IMG/VR virus record: IMGVR_UViG_3300009545_000002
Location: 1-64,000 of that record
Reading direction: 5' to 3' (one strand)
DNA from: a virus
DNA length: 64,000 nt
The first letter of the stretch is position 1. Each line of letters begins with the position of its first letter. The notes beneath the pieces were generated by a model. It did not search any database, was not told where the DNA came from, and saw nothing but the letters and a program-made list of their open reading frames with translations. Shown piece after piece: positions 18,470 to 30,451 of this stretch. A program made the position numbers and the translations under genes.

Positions 18470-18844
18470 GTGGACGCGAAAGAATTGGTCCTCGCGCTTC
18501 GGCGCCGGCGCGAAAGCTGGGTCACGCTCGCCGAAGGCAAGCGCGTGAAGATCCGCCGGCCTCCCGAGACTGGTCTGCGCGAATTTCTGACGATCGTCGA
18601 CGGCAAGCGCACCTGGCTGGTCGGACTCGAGGCCGTGCAGCGCCACGTCGTCGACTGGGATGGCTTCACCGAGGCCGACATCCTCGGCGCGTCCGTCGGG
18701 TCGTCGGATACCGTCCCCTTCGATGCCGACCTCTGGTCCGAGCTCGTCGCGAACAACATCGAATGGCTCAACGATGTTGCCGCGGCGCTGCTCAAGGACA
18801 TCGTCGACTTCCTCGCCGCGAAAGATGAAGTCGCAAAAAACTGA
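18470..18844 (+). CDS. Tail assembly chaperone (gpG-like)
   Basis: Between tube and tape-measure genes; ends in slippery A AAA AAC (18835-18841). Confidence 0.8.
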   Translation: MDAKELVLALRRRRESWVTLAEGKRVKIRRPPETGLREFLTIVDGKRTWLVGLEAVQRHVVDWDGFTEADILGASVGSSDTVPFDADLWSELVANNIEWLNDVAAALLKDIVDFLAAKDEVAKN

Positions 18845-19080
18845 TGGCGCTACTGGACACGCAGGACGGCGTGCGGTGGGACGGTCCTGATGCGCCCGTA
18901 CAGACCCCAGACGATGCGCTTGCCATCCATGTGCACAACCACCTGTCCAACGGCATGGGCGGCATCGACTGGGCTGGCCTGCCGCTTGTCGTCGAGCTCC
19001 TCGGCGTCATCGACATCGAGATGCTGCTGCATCGCCTGCTCGTGATCCGTAGCCACACGCCTGACACCACCTCGCCATGA
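18835..19080 (+). CDS. gpT-like extension reached by -1 frameshift
   Basis: ORF 18844-19080 is in the -1 frame, directly after the X XXY YYZ heptamer. Confidence 0.75.
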   Translation, partial: KKLMALLDTQDGVRWDGPDAPVQTPDDALAIHVHNHLSNGMGGIDWAGLPLVVELLGVIDIEMLLHRLLVIRSHTPDTTSP

Positions 19081-22000
19081 CTCAACAAATCGGCCACCTC
19101 GGCATCGGCATCACCGCCGACCCCTCGGACCTGGTCGGGGGGATGGACAAGGCTGCGATCGCCACCGAACGCGCCGCGGCGCGCATGGCGGCGTCGCAAG
19201 ACAAGTTCATCGCCAAGCTCGAGAAGGCCGCCGACCGGGTCGGCAAGGAGAAGGCCGAGCTGCTGGCGCTCGAGGCCGCCCAGCGGGGTGTCACCGATCG
19301 CGCGCAGCCGTTCATCGACAAGATCGCGCAAGCCGGGGCCGGCCTAGAAAAGGGCGCCCACATGAGCTCGGGCATGACCCGCGAGCTCATCGTGCTCGGC
19401 CACGAGGCGGCCACCGGCAACTTCAGCCGCTTCGGCGGTTCGTTGCTGGTGCTGGCCGAATACAGCACCACCGCGACCAAAGCGCTGTCGATCCTGGTCG
19501 GCCCGGTCGGTGCGCTCGTCGCGGCGGTGGGCCTGTTCGCCCTCGCGGTCTACCAGGGCGCTCAGGAGAGCAAGGCCTTCGCCAACTCGCTGGTGCTGAC
19601 CGGCAACTACGCCGGCATCACCGAGGGCCAGTTCAACGCGCTGGCCAAGTCCGTCGCCGCCGCCTCCGGTTCCACCATCGGCTCGGCGCGCGAGATCGCG
19701 CAGGGCCTGGTCAGCACCGGCAACATCGGCTCGCGGGCGCTCGCGCCGTTGGCCGCGGTGGCCGTGCAGTACGCCAGGCTCAGCGACCAGACGGCCGAGG
19801 AAGTCGTCAGCGACTTCGCCAAGATGGGCGACGGTGTCGCGAAGTGGGCGCTGGAGCACAACAAGTCGCTCAACTTCCTGAGCGGCCCGCAGTACGACTA
19901 CATCAAGCGTCTCGAGGAGCAGGGCAAGACCGAAGAGGCCGAGCTCGTCGTTGCGAAGGCGCTGAGCGACCACTTCGGCCAGGTCATTCCGAAGAATCTC
20001 GGCTACTTGCAGCAGGCGCTCGCCTCGGCTGGTCATTTCTGGGATGACTTCTGGGACAAGGCCAAGGGCGTGGGGCGCGCGCAGACGCTCGACGACAAGC
20101 TGGCCCAGATCACGTCCCAGCTCAGCGCGAAGCCGAAGACTCAGCAGAACTCGTCATGGCTCGGCGATCCGCTCCCGCAGGACTACGAGAACTACCTGCG
20201 GCAACAGCGCGCGGCGCTCGAAAGCGCCAAGCGTTTCGCGGAGGCAGGCGCGGCCACGCAAGCCCAGTCCGACAAGGACGCCAAGGCGCACCAGGCTGCG
20301 TCGGACTACCTCGATGCGCTGAACAAGCAGATCAAGGGCGTCGATCTCCTGAAGGAAGCGCTGGCCAAACTGCACCGCGAGCAGGACGCCTTCCGCAAGG
20401 ACGGCGGCATCATCACGCCGGAGCAGGCCGCTGCGCAGGAAGCGCAGGTCATCAAGGACAACTCGCCGCCGGCCGGCCCGAAAGACCACTCGCAGGATCG
20501 GCTCGAGACCGCCTTCACCAACCGCATGAACGCGCTCGGCGAGGAGGGCATCAAGCTCGATGCCGAGCGAGAGAGCTGGGAGCGCTACGGCAAGGCGGTC
20601 AGCAACAGCCGGGCCGCGGTCGTCGAGTTCGACATCGAGCAGGGCAAGCTCGCCGGCAAGAACGGCGCGGCGCTGACGAACGAGCAGATGTACGAGGTCT
20701 GGGCGCGCGCCTACGACGACGACCTGAAGCAGGAAGCGGTCGACCAGGCCAAGCTCAACGCCGAGCTCGACAAGCGCATCACGAAGCTGCAGGCGACTTC
20801 GGACGCGCAGGCCATGAACGCGCGCCAGAGCCAGATCGCGAGCGAGCTCGCGGAAGCCGAGACCAAGGGGCTCGTCAAAGGCTCTGCGGCCTACACCGAC
20901 TACGCCGCCCGGGTGGCGATCGCGGTCAACGCCCAGGCCGACCAGGCGCTGCAGCGCAAGCTCGCCTCCGAGCAACTCTCCACCGATGACGAGGTGAGGG
21001 CACTCGAAGCGCAGGCCCGCGCGCTCGGCATGTCGACGCTGGAGCGGCAGAAGGCCGCAGCGGCCCTCAAGCTCTACGACACCGCGCAGAAGGACATCGC
21101 GGCCAACCCGGACCAGGAAACGGCGATCCTCGCGGCGGCGACGTCGAAGTACAACGCGCTGGCCGCGGCCATGGACCGCAACCTGGCCGCAACGCAGTCC
21201 TTCGAGCTCGGCTCGAGCGCCGCCTTCACGAAGTACCAGGAGAACGCGGCGAACGCTGCGTCCTATGCCGAACAGATGATCGGCGGCGGCCTGAAGAAGA
21301 CGGAAGACGCGATCGTCGCTTTCGCCGAGACCGGCAAGCTGAAGTTCGGCGATGTCTTCAAGTTCATGGCCGACGAGTACCTGCGCCAGCAAGCGCGGAT
21401 CCTGGTCTCGCAAGGCGCGGGCGGGCTGAGCTCGCTGCTCGGCGGCATCGGAGCAGGCTACTTCGCCAGGAACACCGGCGCCGCGACCACGGTGGCGAAC
21501 GCGCTGCCCGGCGACAGCATGGACAACCTGATGAAGGTGACGGGCGCCTTCGGCACGTCCGGCGCTGCCAGTGCCGCCGGCGGCGCCGCCGCGCAGACGA
21601 CGGCCACCGCCAGCCTGACGGCGCAGATCACCGCGGAAAGCGCGGCGACCACCGCGATGACCTCCGCGCTCACCGAGCAAACGGTCACGCTGACGGCGTT
21701 CGGCACGGCGAGCTCCGATGCGGGCGCGCTGGTGCTCACCCTGGGCACGGCCGCCGAGGCAGCCACGCAGGGCCTCTATCGGGTCGCAGCGGCTGCGGCG
21801 GCTGGCGGCGGTGGTGGCGGCCTGGGCGGCTTCTTCGGCCTGTTCTCCGGGTCTGGCGGCAGCGGCGCCGGTGCGGGAGCGTCGACGGTCGGCGCCGATG
21901 TCATCGATATGTCCGCGATGGCAGCGAAGGGCCGTGTCTTCGATGGCGCCGGCATGCAGGCCTTCGGGCGCGGCGACGTGTTCCACAGCCCGACCCTGTT

Positions 22001-22325
22001 CCGCTTCGCGCAGGGCGGCGGCTTCGCCACGGGCGTGATGGGTGAAGCCGGCCCCGAGGCCGTGATGCCGCTGCACCGCGGGGCCAACGGCAAGCTCGGC
22101 GTCGTGCTGAACGGCGGCTCGCAGCAGCCGCAGATCAACGTGCAGGTGCTGAACAACCATGCCGGCGCGCAGGTGACGACGCGACCGAAGAGCGGCGGCG
22201 GCCTGCAGGTGATCGTCGACCAGATCGAGCAGCGCATGGGCGACAACATCGACAACGGCGTCGGGCTCGCGCGCAACGTCGGCGGCCGCTTCGGACTCAA
22301 CTCCGCCGCCGGCCTGGCGCGCTGA
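19077..22325 (+). CDS. Tape measure protein (lambda family)
   Basis: 1082 aa, Ala-rich helical; LVLTGNYAG and GVMGEAGPEAVMPL motifs. Confidence 0.93.
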   Translation: MTQQIGHLGIGITADPSDLVGGMDKAAIATERAAARMAASQDKFIAKLEKAADRVGKEKAELLALEAAQRGVTDRAQPFIDKIAQAGAGLEKGAHMSSGMTRELIVLGHEAATGNFSRFGGSLLVLAEYSTTATKALSILVGPVGALVAAVGLFALAVYQGAQESKAFANSLVLTGNYAGITEGQFNALAKSVAAASGSTIGSAREIAQGLVSTGNIGSRALAPLAAVAVQYARLSDQTAEEVVSDFAKMGDGVAKWALEHNKSLNFLSGPQYDYIKRLEEQGKTEEAELVVAKALSDHFGQVIPKNLGYLQQALASAGHFWDDFWDKAKGVGRAQTLDDKLAQITSQLSAKPKTQQNSSWLGDPLPQDYENYLRQQRAALESAKRFAEAGAATQAQSDKDAKAHQAASDYLDALNKQIKGVDLLKEALAKLHREQDAFRKDGGIITPEQAAAQEAQVIKDNSPPAGPKDHSQDRLETAFTNRMNALGEEGIKLDAERESWERYGKAVSNSRAAVVEFDIEQGKLAGKNGAALTNEQMYEVWARAYDDDLKQEAVDQAKLNAELDKRITKLQATSDAQAMNARQSQIASELAEAETKGLVKGSAAYTDYAARVAIAVNAQADQALQRKLASEQLSTDDEVRALEAQARALGMSTLERQKAAAALKLYDTAQKDIAANPDQETAILAAATSKYNALAAAMDRNLAATQSFELGSSAAFTKYQENAANAASYAEQMIGGGLKKTEDAIVAFAETGKLKFGDVFKFMADEYLRQQARILVSQGAGGLSSLLGGIGAGYFARNTGAATTVANALPGDSMDNLMKVTGAFGTSGAASAAGGAAAQTTATASLTAQITAESAATTAMTSALTEQTVTLTAFGTASSDAGALVLTLGTAAEAATQGLYRVAAAAAAGGGGGGLGGFFGLFSGSGGSGAGAGASTVGADVIDMSAMAAKGRVFDGAGMQAFGRGDVFHSPTLFRFAQGGGFATGVMGEAGPEAVMPLHRGANGKLGVVLNGGSQQPQINVQVLNNHAGAQVTTRPKSGGGLQVIVDQIEQRMGDNIDNGVGLARNVGGRFGLNSAAGLAR

Positions 22326-22329
22326 CTCG

Positions 22330-22911
22330 ATGAGCACCGACATCGCCTTCCCGGCGCAGCTGCCGGTCGGGAAGCTCGCCGGGCACGTGATCGACGCAGT
22401 CGACATCTCGGAGCGCACCATCTATGAGGCTGGCGAGCAGCGCGTGCGCCGCCTCTTCACCATCGTGCCGCAGAAGGCGTCCGTGTCGTGGTTCCTGAGC
22501 CAGGAGCACTTCGACATCTTCGACGACTGGTACGAGAACACGCTGCTCGCCGGCAGCTTTCCCTTCGACGTCCAGGTCGCCGGCGAGGGCGTCGTGGGCG
22601 TCGTCTGGTACACGGCCAACTTCATCACGCCGTACACGATGGAGACGGTCGCGACGCGCTGGGGGCCGATGTACCGCATCGGCACCTCGCTGCTGCTGAT
22701 GGGCGAGTCGTTCGGCTCACGCGTGGCCACATCGCTCTACAGCACCATCGGCTTCAGGATCGGGCTGAACGCCGCGCTCTTCGGCGCGCCGGTGGCGCTG
22801 CGCAGCGCCATCAGAGCCGACCTCTCGATGCGGCCGGTACCGACCGTGCCGTCTGCCGGGCTCCACAGCGAGTTCGACGTGTCGCAGACGCTGCGCGGCA
22901 CGCTGAGCTGA
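22330..22911 (+). CDS. Distal tail (gpM/Dit-like) protein 1
   Basis: Directly after the tape measure; RVRRLFT...VSWFL...FDDWYENTLLAG. Confidence 0.55.
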   Translation: MSTDIAFPAQLPVGKLAGHVIDAVDISERTIYEAGEQRVRRLFTIVPQKASVSWFLSQEHFDIFDDWYENTLLAGSFPFDVQVAGEGVVGVVWYTANFITPYTMETVATRWGPMYRIGTSLLLMGESFGSRVATSLYSTIGFRIGLNAALFGAPVALRSAIRADLSMRPVPTVPSAGLHSEFDVSQTLRGTLS

Positions 22912-22946
22912 CGGCTTTCACCATTCAACTTCGATAGGGGCAACCA

Positions 22947-23327
22947 GTGGCCATCATCCTCGGCACGCTCGGCGAAGAGATGAACCTGCAGATTCGCCAG
23001 GGTGCGACCTTTGGTCCGTTCCTCTTCGCCATGAAGAACCCGGACAACACGCCGGTCGACCTGACCGACTGCTTGATTCGCGGCCAGATCCGAAAGACGC
23101 CGAAGAGCCTCGAGTGGACCGATCTCGACGTCAGCATCACGGCCCCGTCGCTCGGTGAGTACCAGATCGGTCTCAGCCTCGAGATGACGACCGCGATGGA
23201 TGCGGGCACGACGATCACCAGCCAGGAGAGCCTGTACGTCTGGGACCTCGAGCTCATCGATTCCATGGGCCTGACCACGCCGCTCTACTACGGCACGGCC
23301 ACGGTGTTTCGCGAGGTCACGCGATGA
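22947..23327 (+). CDS. Tail adaptor-like protein (BppU-N-like fold)
   Basis: IRQGATF...PVDLTDC...GQIR...YVWDLEL...YYG pattern. Confidence 0.6.
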   Translation: MAIILGTLGEEMNLQIRQGATFGPFLFAMKNPDNTPVDLTDCLIRGQIRKTPKSLEWTDLDVSITAPSLGEYQIGLSLEMTTAMDAGTTITSQESLYVWDLELIDSMGLTTPLYYGTATVFREVTR

Positions 23328-23803
23328 GCGATCGTCAGGTCACGGTGCTGCTGCCGCCGATCATCCGCACCACGCTGCTGACGCCGCCGGTCCCGCGCCT
23401 CACGACGCTCACGGTCGGCCAGGGCCCGGCCGGCGCGCAGGGTGCTTCCGGCGACCTGCTCGAGCGCATCGTCAGCACCGCGATCGGCGGGCACCGCGTC
23501 GTCGTCTCGATCGGTGGAGAGATCTTCTACGCCGACGCCACCAACGACGCGCACCGCGGCCATGTGCTCGGCCTGACTCTCAATGCCGCGAGCGCCGGCG
23601 GCACGGTGCAGATCCGCAGCAGCGGCGAGGTGCTCGAGCCGTCGTGGACCTGGACGGTTGACGACCCCGTCTATCTCGGCACCAACGGCGTCATGACGCA
23701 GACCCCGCCGACCGCGCCGAGCTGGTTGCAGATCGTCGGCTTCGCGACCGCGACGAACCGTCTCTTTCTCGACTTCTTGCCACCGTTCATCCTTTCGGAG
23801 TGA
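23324..23803 (+). CDS. Virion accessory protein (DUF2190/cement-like), paralog A
   Basis: YADAT...VLGL...VYLGTNG.MTQTPP...QIVGFATAT. Confidence 0.6.
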   Translation: MSDRQVTVLLPPIIRTTLLTPPVPRLTTLTVGQGPAGAQGASGDLLERIVSTAIGGHRVVVSIGGEIFYADATNDAHRGHVLGLTLNAASAGGTVQIRSSGEVLEPSWTWTVDDPVYLGTNGVMTQTPPTAPSWLQIVGFATATNRLFLDFLPPFILSE

Positions 23804-23809
23804 TTGACC

Positions 23810-24412
23810 ATGGGTACCGCATCGAGCAAAAAGATCCTCAAGCAAGTCGCCGGAGCACTCACCGAGGAGGCGGCTCTGCTGACCTCCGCCGGCGCCGGCG
23901 ACGCCAACCGCATTCCGGCGCTCAACGCATCCGGCGTGCTCGACGCGACGATCGTCAACGCGGTGGTCGTCAGTAGCGGCGCGGGATCGGCGGGACAGCT
24001 GCCGCAGCTCAACGGCTCGGGCTTGCTCGATGCCACCGTCATGCCGCCCGGCATCGCGGCCGACGTGGCGGTCATCACGGCCAGCGAAGCGCTCTCCGCC
24101 GGCGACTTCGTCAACATCTGGTCGTCGACGGGCTTCAAGGTGCGCAAGGCCGATGCCACGGTGGCCGGCAAGCACGCTCACGGCTTCGTGCTCGCCAGCG
24201 TGTCGTCTTCCGGCGCGGCCACGGTCTACCTGAGCGGGCCCAACGTCGGCGTGTCCGGCCAGTCGCCGGGTGACGCGTGGCTGTCGACGACGGCAGGGCA
24301 GGCCACCTCGACGCCGCCGAGCGGCTCCGGCAACGTGGTTCAGTCCCTCGGCTCGGCCACCAGCGCCACGTCGATCGACTTCAACCCCGGCCGTCCGATC
24401 ACGCTGGCGTAA
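23810..24412 (+). CDS. Virion accessory protein (DUF2190/cement-like), paralog B
   Basis: ASEALSAGDFVNI...KADAT...GFVL...WLSTTAG.ATSTPP...VQSLGSATSAT, with a duplicated LNxSGxLDAT motif at the N-terminus. Confidence 0.65.
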   Translation: MGTASSKKILKQVAGALTEEAALLTSAGAGDANRIPALNASGVLDATIVNAVVVSSGAGSAGQLPQLNGSGLLDATVMPPGIAADVAVITASEALSAGDFVNIWSSTGFKVRKADATVAGKHAHGFVLASVSSSGAATVYLSGPNVGVSGQSPGDAWLSTTAGQATSTPPSGSGNVVQSLGSATSATSIDFNPGRPITLA

Positions 24413-24415
24413 GTC

Positions 24416-24616
24416 ATGGCGCTGAAGCCCCCTCTCGCCGCCTACGCCGGCGCACTGACCGAGATGCCGGCGACCGACACCATTCCGCCGGCCAATCTCG
24501 GCACAGGCACCACCGGCGACGCGACCTACGTGCTTTGCTCTGACGGCGTGTTCCGGCAGGTGTCTGCACTGGCGGCCACCAACATTGCCTACTACTCCTT
24601 TGCAGGGGGATTCTGA
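24416..24616 (+). CDS. Small tail-fibre-like protein
   Basis: LGTGT...TYVLCSDGVF motif; coupled to the next gene. Confidence 0.55.
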   Translation: MALKPPLAAYAGALTEMPATDTIPPANLGTGTTGDATYVLCSDGVFRQVSALAATNIAYYSFAGGF

Positions 24617-25035
24617 TGGCCGGCACTTCGACCCCAATTTTTCCGCAGACGATCAAGAACTACTGCGCCCAGATCCTGCCCGCCGACGCCAGCGCGGTGA
24701 AGACCATCGTCACCGGCGCGGCCAACGGCTCCAAGATCGAAGCCTTGACGATCGCCTCGACGGACACGTCGGCGCGTGACGTGCAGCTGGTGCTGACGAT
24801 CAGCTCGGTGACCTACATCCTCGCGACGATCGCGATCCCGCTGAGCTCCGGCAACACCAACTCGGCTGCCGCCGTCGACGTGCTGCGTTCCGCGCTGTGG
24901 CCAGGGCTCGCCTATGACGCGAACGGCAACAAGTGCCTCTTCATCGCGAACGGCGCGGTGCTCGGCATCAAGGCGCTGACGACGGTCACGACGGCCAAGG
25001 AGATCGACATCGTCGCGGTGGGCGGAGACTTCTGA
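24616..25035 (+). CDS. Virion accessory beta-sandwich protein
   Basis: MAGTSTPIFP...VAVGGDF; paralog of 25917-26336. Confidence 0.65.
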   Translation: MAGTSTPIFPQTIKNYCAQILPADASAVKTIVTGAANGSKIEALTIASTDTSARDVQLVLTISSVTYILATIAIPLSSGNTNSAAAVDVLRSALWPGLAYDANGNKCLFIANGAVLGIKALTTVTTAKEIDIVAVGGDF

Positions 25036-25898
25036 TGTTCGGCACCGTCTCGCCGCGACTCAAGGGCGGCCTGAACCGCGTTCTTGCAGCGGCTTCGGCG
25101 AGCTACTACATCTGGAAGGGCCCGCCCGAGGTTGACTTCCTGATCTCGGCCGGCGATGCGCCCGGCCGCGCGACCTCGCCAGGCGTGGGGCGAAACCTCG
25201 TCTTGCAGGCCGGCACTGGTCCTTTCGGGGTCTGGAACACATACCGCGGGGATGGCGGCACGCTCTACCTTTACGGCGGCCCGGCGGGTGGCTCGTATGG
25301 CAATGGCGGCAGCATCGTCATCCAGAGTGCCGGGCCTGCGAGCTCCGGCGGTACGGCTGCCAGCACCATCACGATCACCGCGGGGGTAGGGGTTGTCGAC
25401 GGCACCGGTGGCGCCATCGCCGTCACGGGTGGGCAAAGCGGGGCCCAGGTCTCCGGCGGCGGCAATGGCGGTCCTGGGACCGTCCAAGGCGGCGACAGCA
25501 CCTACTACAACGGGACAGGCGGCGCCGGCACCGTCATCGGCGGTCACGGCGGCAGCACGGGCACTGGTGGCACTGGCGTCGTCGAGGGCGGCAGCGGCGG
25601 CTCCTACGGCGGCAACGCGATCGTCCGCCCCGGCTCGGGGAGTTTCCGCAGTGGCAACGTCTTGCTCGATGGCGGGCGCGGCGTGGCATTGGCAACCAGC
25701 GCGGTCGCAGGCTTCGTGATGTTCCCGACCTGCGCCGGCGTTCCCACTGGCGCACCCGCAGTCATCCCGACCGGCTCCGTAGCCCTTGTCTGGGACTCCA
25801 CGCATCGCCGGCTCTACTCCAACTCAGGTAGCGGCTGGTCCAGCAAGGTGACCGCGGGGCGGCAATTCGCATTGGCCAACCGCATCAACGCATTCTGA
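25035..25898 (+). CDS. Glycine-rich tail-fibre-like protein
   Basis: Repeated GGxVxIxGG units; C-terminal PTCAGVPTG...LVWDSTHRRLY. Confidence 0.65.
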   Translation: MFGTVSPRLKGGLNRVLAAASASYYIWKGPPEVDFLISAGDAPGRATSPGVGRNLVLQAGTGPFGVWNTYRGDGGTLYLYGGPAGGSYGNGGSIVIQSAGPASSGGTAASTITITAGVGVVDGTGGAIAVTGGQSGAQVSGGGNGGPGTVQGGDSTYYNGTGGAGTVIGGHGGSTGTGGTGVVEGGSGGSYGGNAIVRPGSGSFRSGNVLLDGGRGVALATSAVAGFVMFPTCAGVPTGAPAVIPTGSVALVWDSTHRRLYSNSGSGWSSKVTAGRQFALANRINAF

Positions 25899-25916
25899 CC
25901 AGCAGAGACACCCCAC

Positions 25917-26336
25917 ATGGCTGCAAACACCGACCCCATCTTCTCGAGCGCGCCCGACGTGCAGTTCGGCTCGATCGCCTCGGGGGCGAGCGCGAACACG
26001 GCACTCGATGGCACCGGCACGGTCACCACCGTTTTCACGGCAGACGCGACCAATGGCGGCTTCCTGCAGCGCTTGCGCGTCAAGGCGCCGAGCGTCTCGA
26101 CGCCGACCGTGATGCGGATCTTCATCAACAACGGCTCGACCAACGCCACGGCCTCGAACAACTCCCTGTTCGAGGAGATCCTGATCCCGACGATCACGGC
26201 AACCAACGTCGCCTCGACGATCTCGATGGAAGTGCCAATGAACATCGCGCTGCCGGCTGGCTACAAGGTCAACGTGTGCCTGGGCACGTCCATCACCGGC
26301 GCGGTCTACGTCACTGCAGTGGGCGGGAAGTTCTAA
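25917..26336 (+). CDS. Virion accessory beta-sandwich protein
   Basis: MAANTDPIFS...TAVGGKF. Confidence 0.65.
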   Translation: MAANTDPIFSSAPDVQFGSIASGASANTALDGTGTVTTVFTADATNGGFLQRLRVKAPSVSTPTVMRIFINNGSTNATASNNSLFEEILIPTITATNVASTISMEVPMNIALPAGYKVNVCLGTSITGAVYVTAVGGKF

Positions 26337-26339
26337 GCC

Positions 26340-27314
26340 ATGTTCGATCTGCAGCACATGCCGGGGGTCATGGACCCGCGTGCTCCCCAGCTCTACGTGG
26401 GCGGACTTGCCGGCAACCAGTCGACGTCCACCGTGGACTGGCAGTTCTGGGAAAAGCCGAGGGGCATCCAATGGGTCTTGGTCTACCTGTTCGGGGCTGG
26501 CGGCGGCGGCGGCGGTGGCTTTGCCAATGCGGCCTCTTCGCAGGCAGGCGGTGGCGGCAGCGGCGGCGCCGGAGGCACGACACGCTTCATGATCCCGGCC
26601 GCACTGATCCCTGATCGCCTTTGGTTGCACCTTGGCAAGGGTGGCACAGGAGGTGCGAACAGCGCCAATGGCTCGACTGCAGAGGCGAGCTACATCTGCA
26701 TGTACCCGCACATCAGCGCGTCTCTCTCTGCGGGCAGCCCGGAGACAGCCGGCGGTGGCGGTGGACAGACTGGTACAGCTACCACCGGTGGCACCGCGGG
26801 TTCCTCGGGAACGATTGGCGGTGTCGGGGGCGGCTCTCGCATCTTCTTGGCATCGGGAGCCAACGGGGCCCCGGGCGTTGTCGGCGGTGTGAGCAGCACC
26901 GGCACTAACGTAGCCGTCGCCTGGTCACAGATCACCAGCGCGGCAGCAAGCGGGGCCGGTCAAGCGGCAACGGCCGCAGCAGCACCGGGCGGCCTCGTCC
27001 AGGTCGGCAACAACACCTACATGGACTACTCCGGCCTCACTGCGAACTACACCGCGGTCGCGGGCGGCGCAGGCAATGCCGCCGGCAACGGCAGTGCAGG
27101 GCAGGACGGGTACCTGATCTGGACCCCGCAGATCCGTTCGCTCGGCGGCGCGGGCGGCGGCAATGCGGCCGGCACCGGCGCGATCGGTGGCGCCGGCGGC
27201 AAGGGCGGTCCCGGCTGCGGCGGCGGCGGCGGCGGAGCTTCAACGGGCACCAGCGCCGTGGGCGGTGCTGGTGGCGACGGCGGCCCGGCCTTTGCGCTCG
27301 TCTGGTGCTTCTGA
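26340..27314 (+). CDS. Glycine-rich domain protein
   Basis: WEKPRG...VYLFGAGGGGGGG...GGGGSGG...GGDGGPAFALV, typical of phage glycine-rich tail domains. Confidence 0.7.
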   Translation: MFDLQHMPGVMDPRAPQLYVGGLAGNQSTSTVDWQFWEKPRGIQWVLVYLFGAGGGGGGGFANAASSQAGGGGSGGAGGTTRFMIPAALIPDRLWLHLGKGGTGGANSANGSTAEASYICMYPHISASLSAGSPETAGGGGGQTGTATTGGTAGSSGTIGGVGGGSRIFLASGANGAPGVVGGVSSTGTNVAVAWSQITSAAASGAGQAATAAAAPGGLVQVGNNTYMDYSGLTANYTAVAGGAGNAAGNGSAGQDGYLIWTPQIRSLGGAGGGNAAGTGAIGGAGGKGGPGCGGGGGGASTGTSAVGGAGGDGGPAFALVWCF

Positions 27315-27344
27315 TCTCGGCAAGCACTTGATCGCGCGCACTCG

Positions 27345-30440
<3,096 letters not shown>

Positions 30441-30451
30441 AGACTCTTTCC

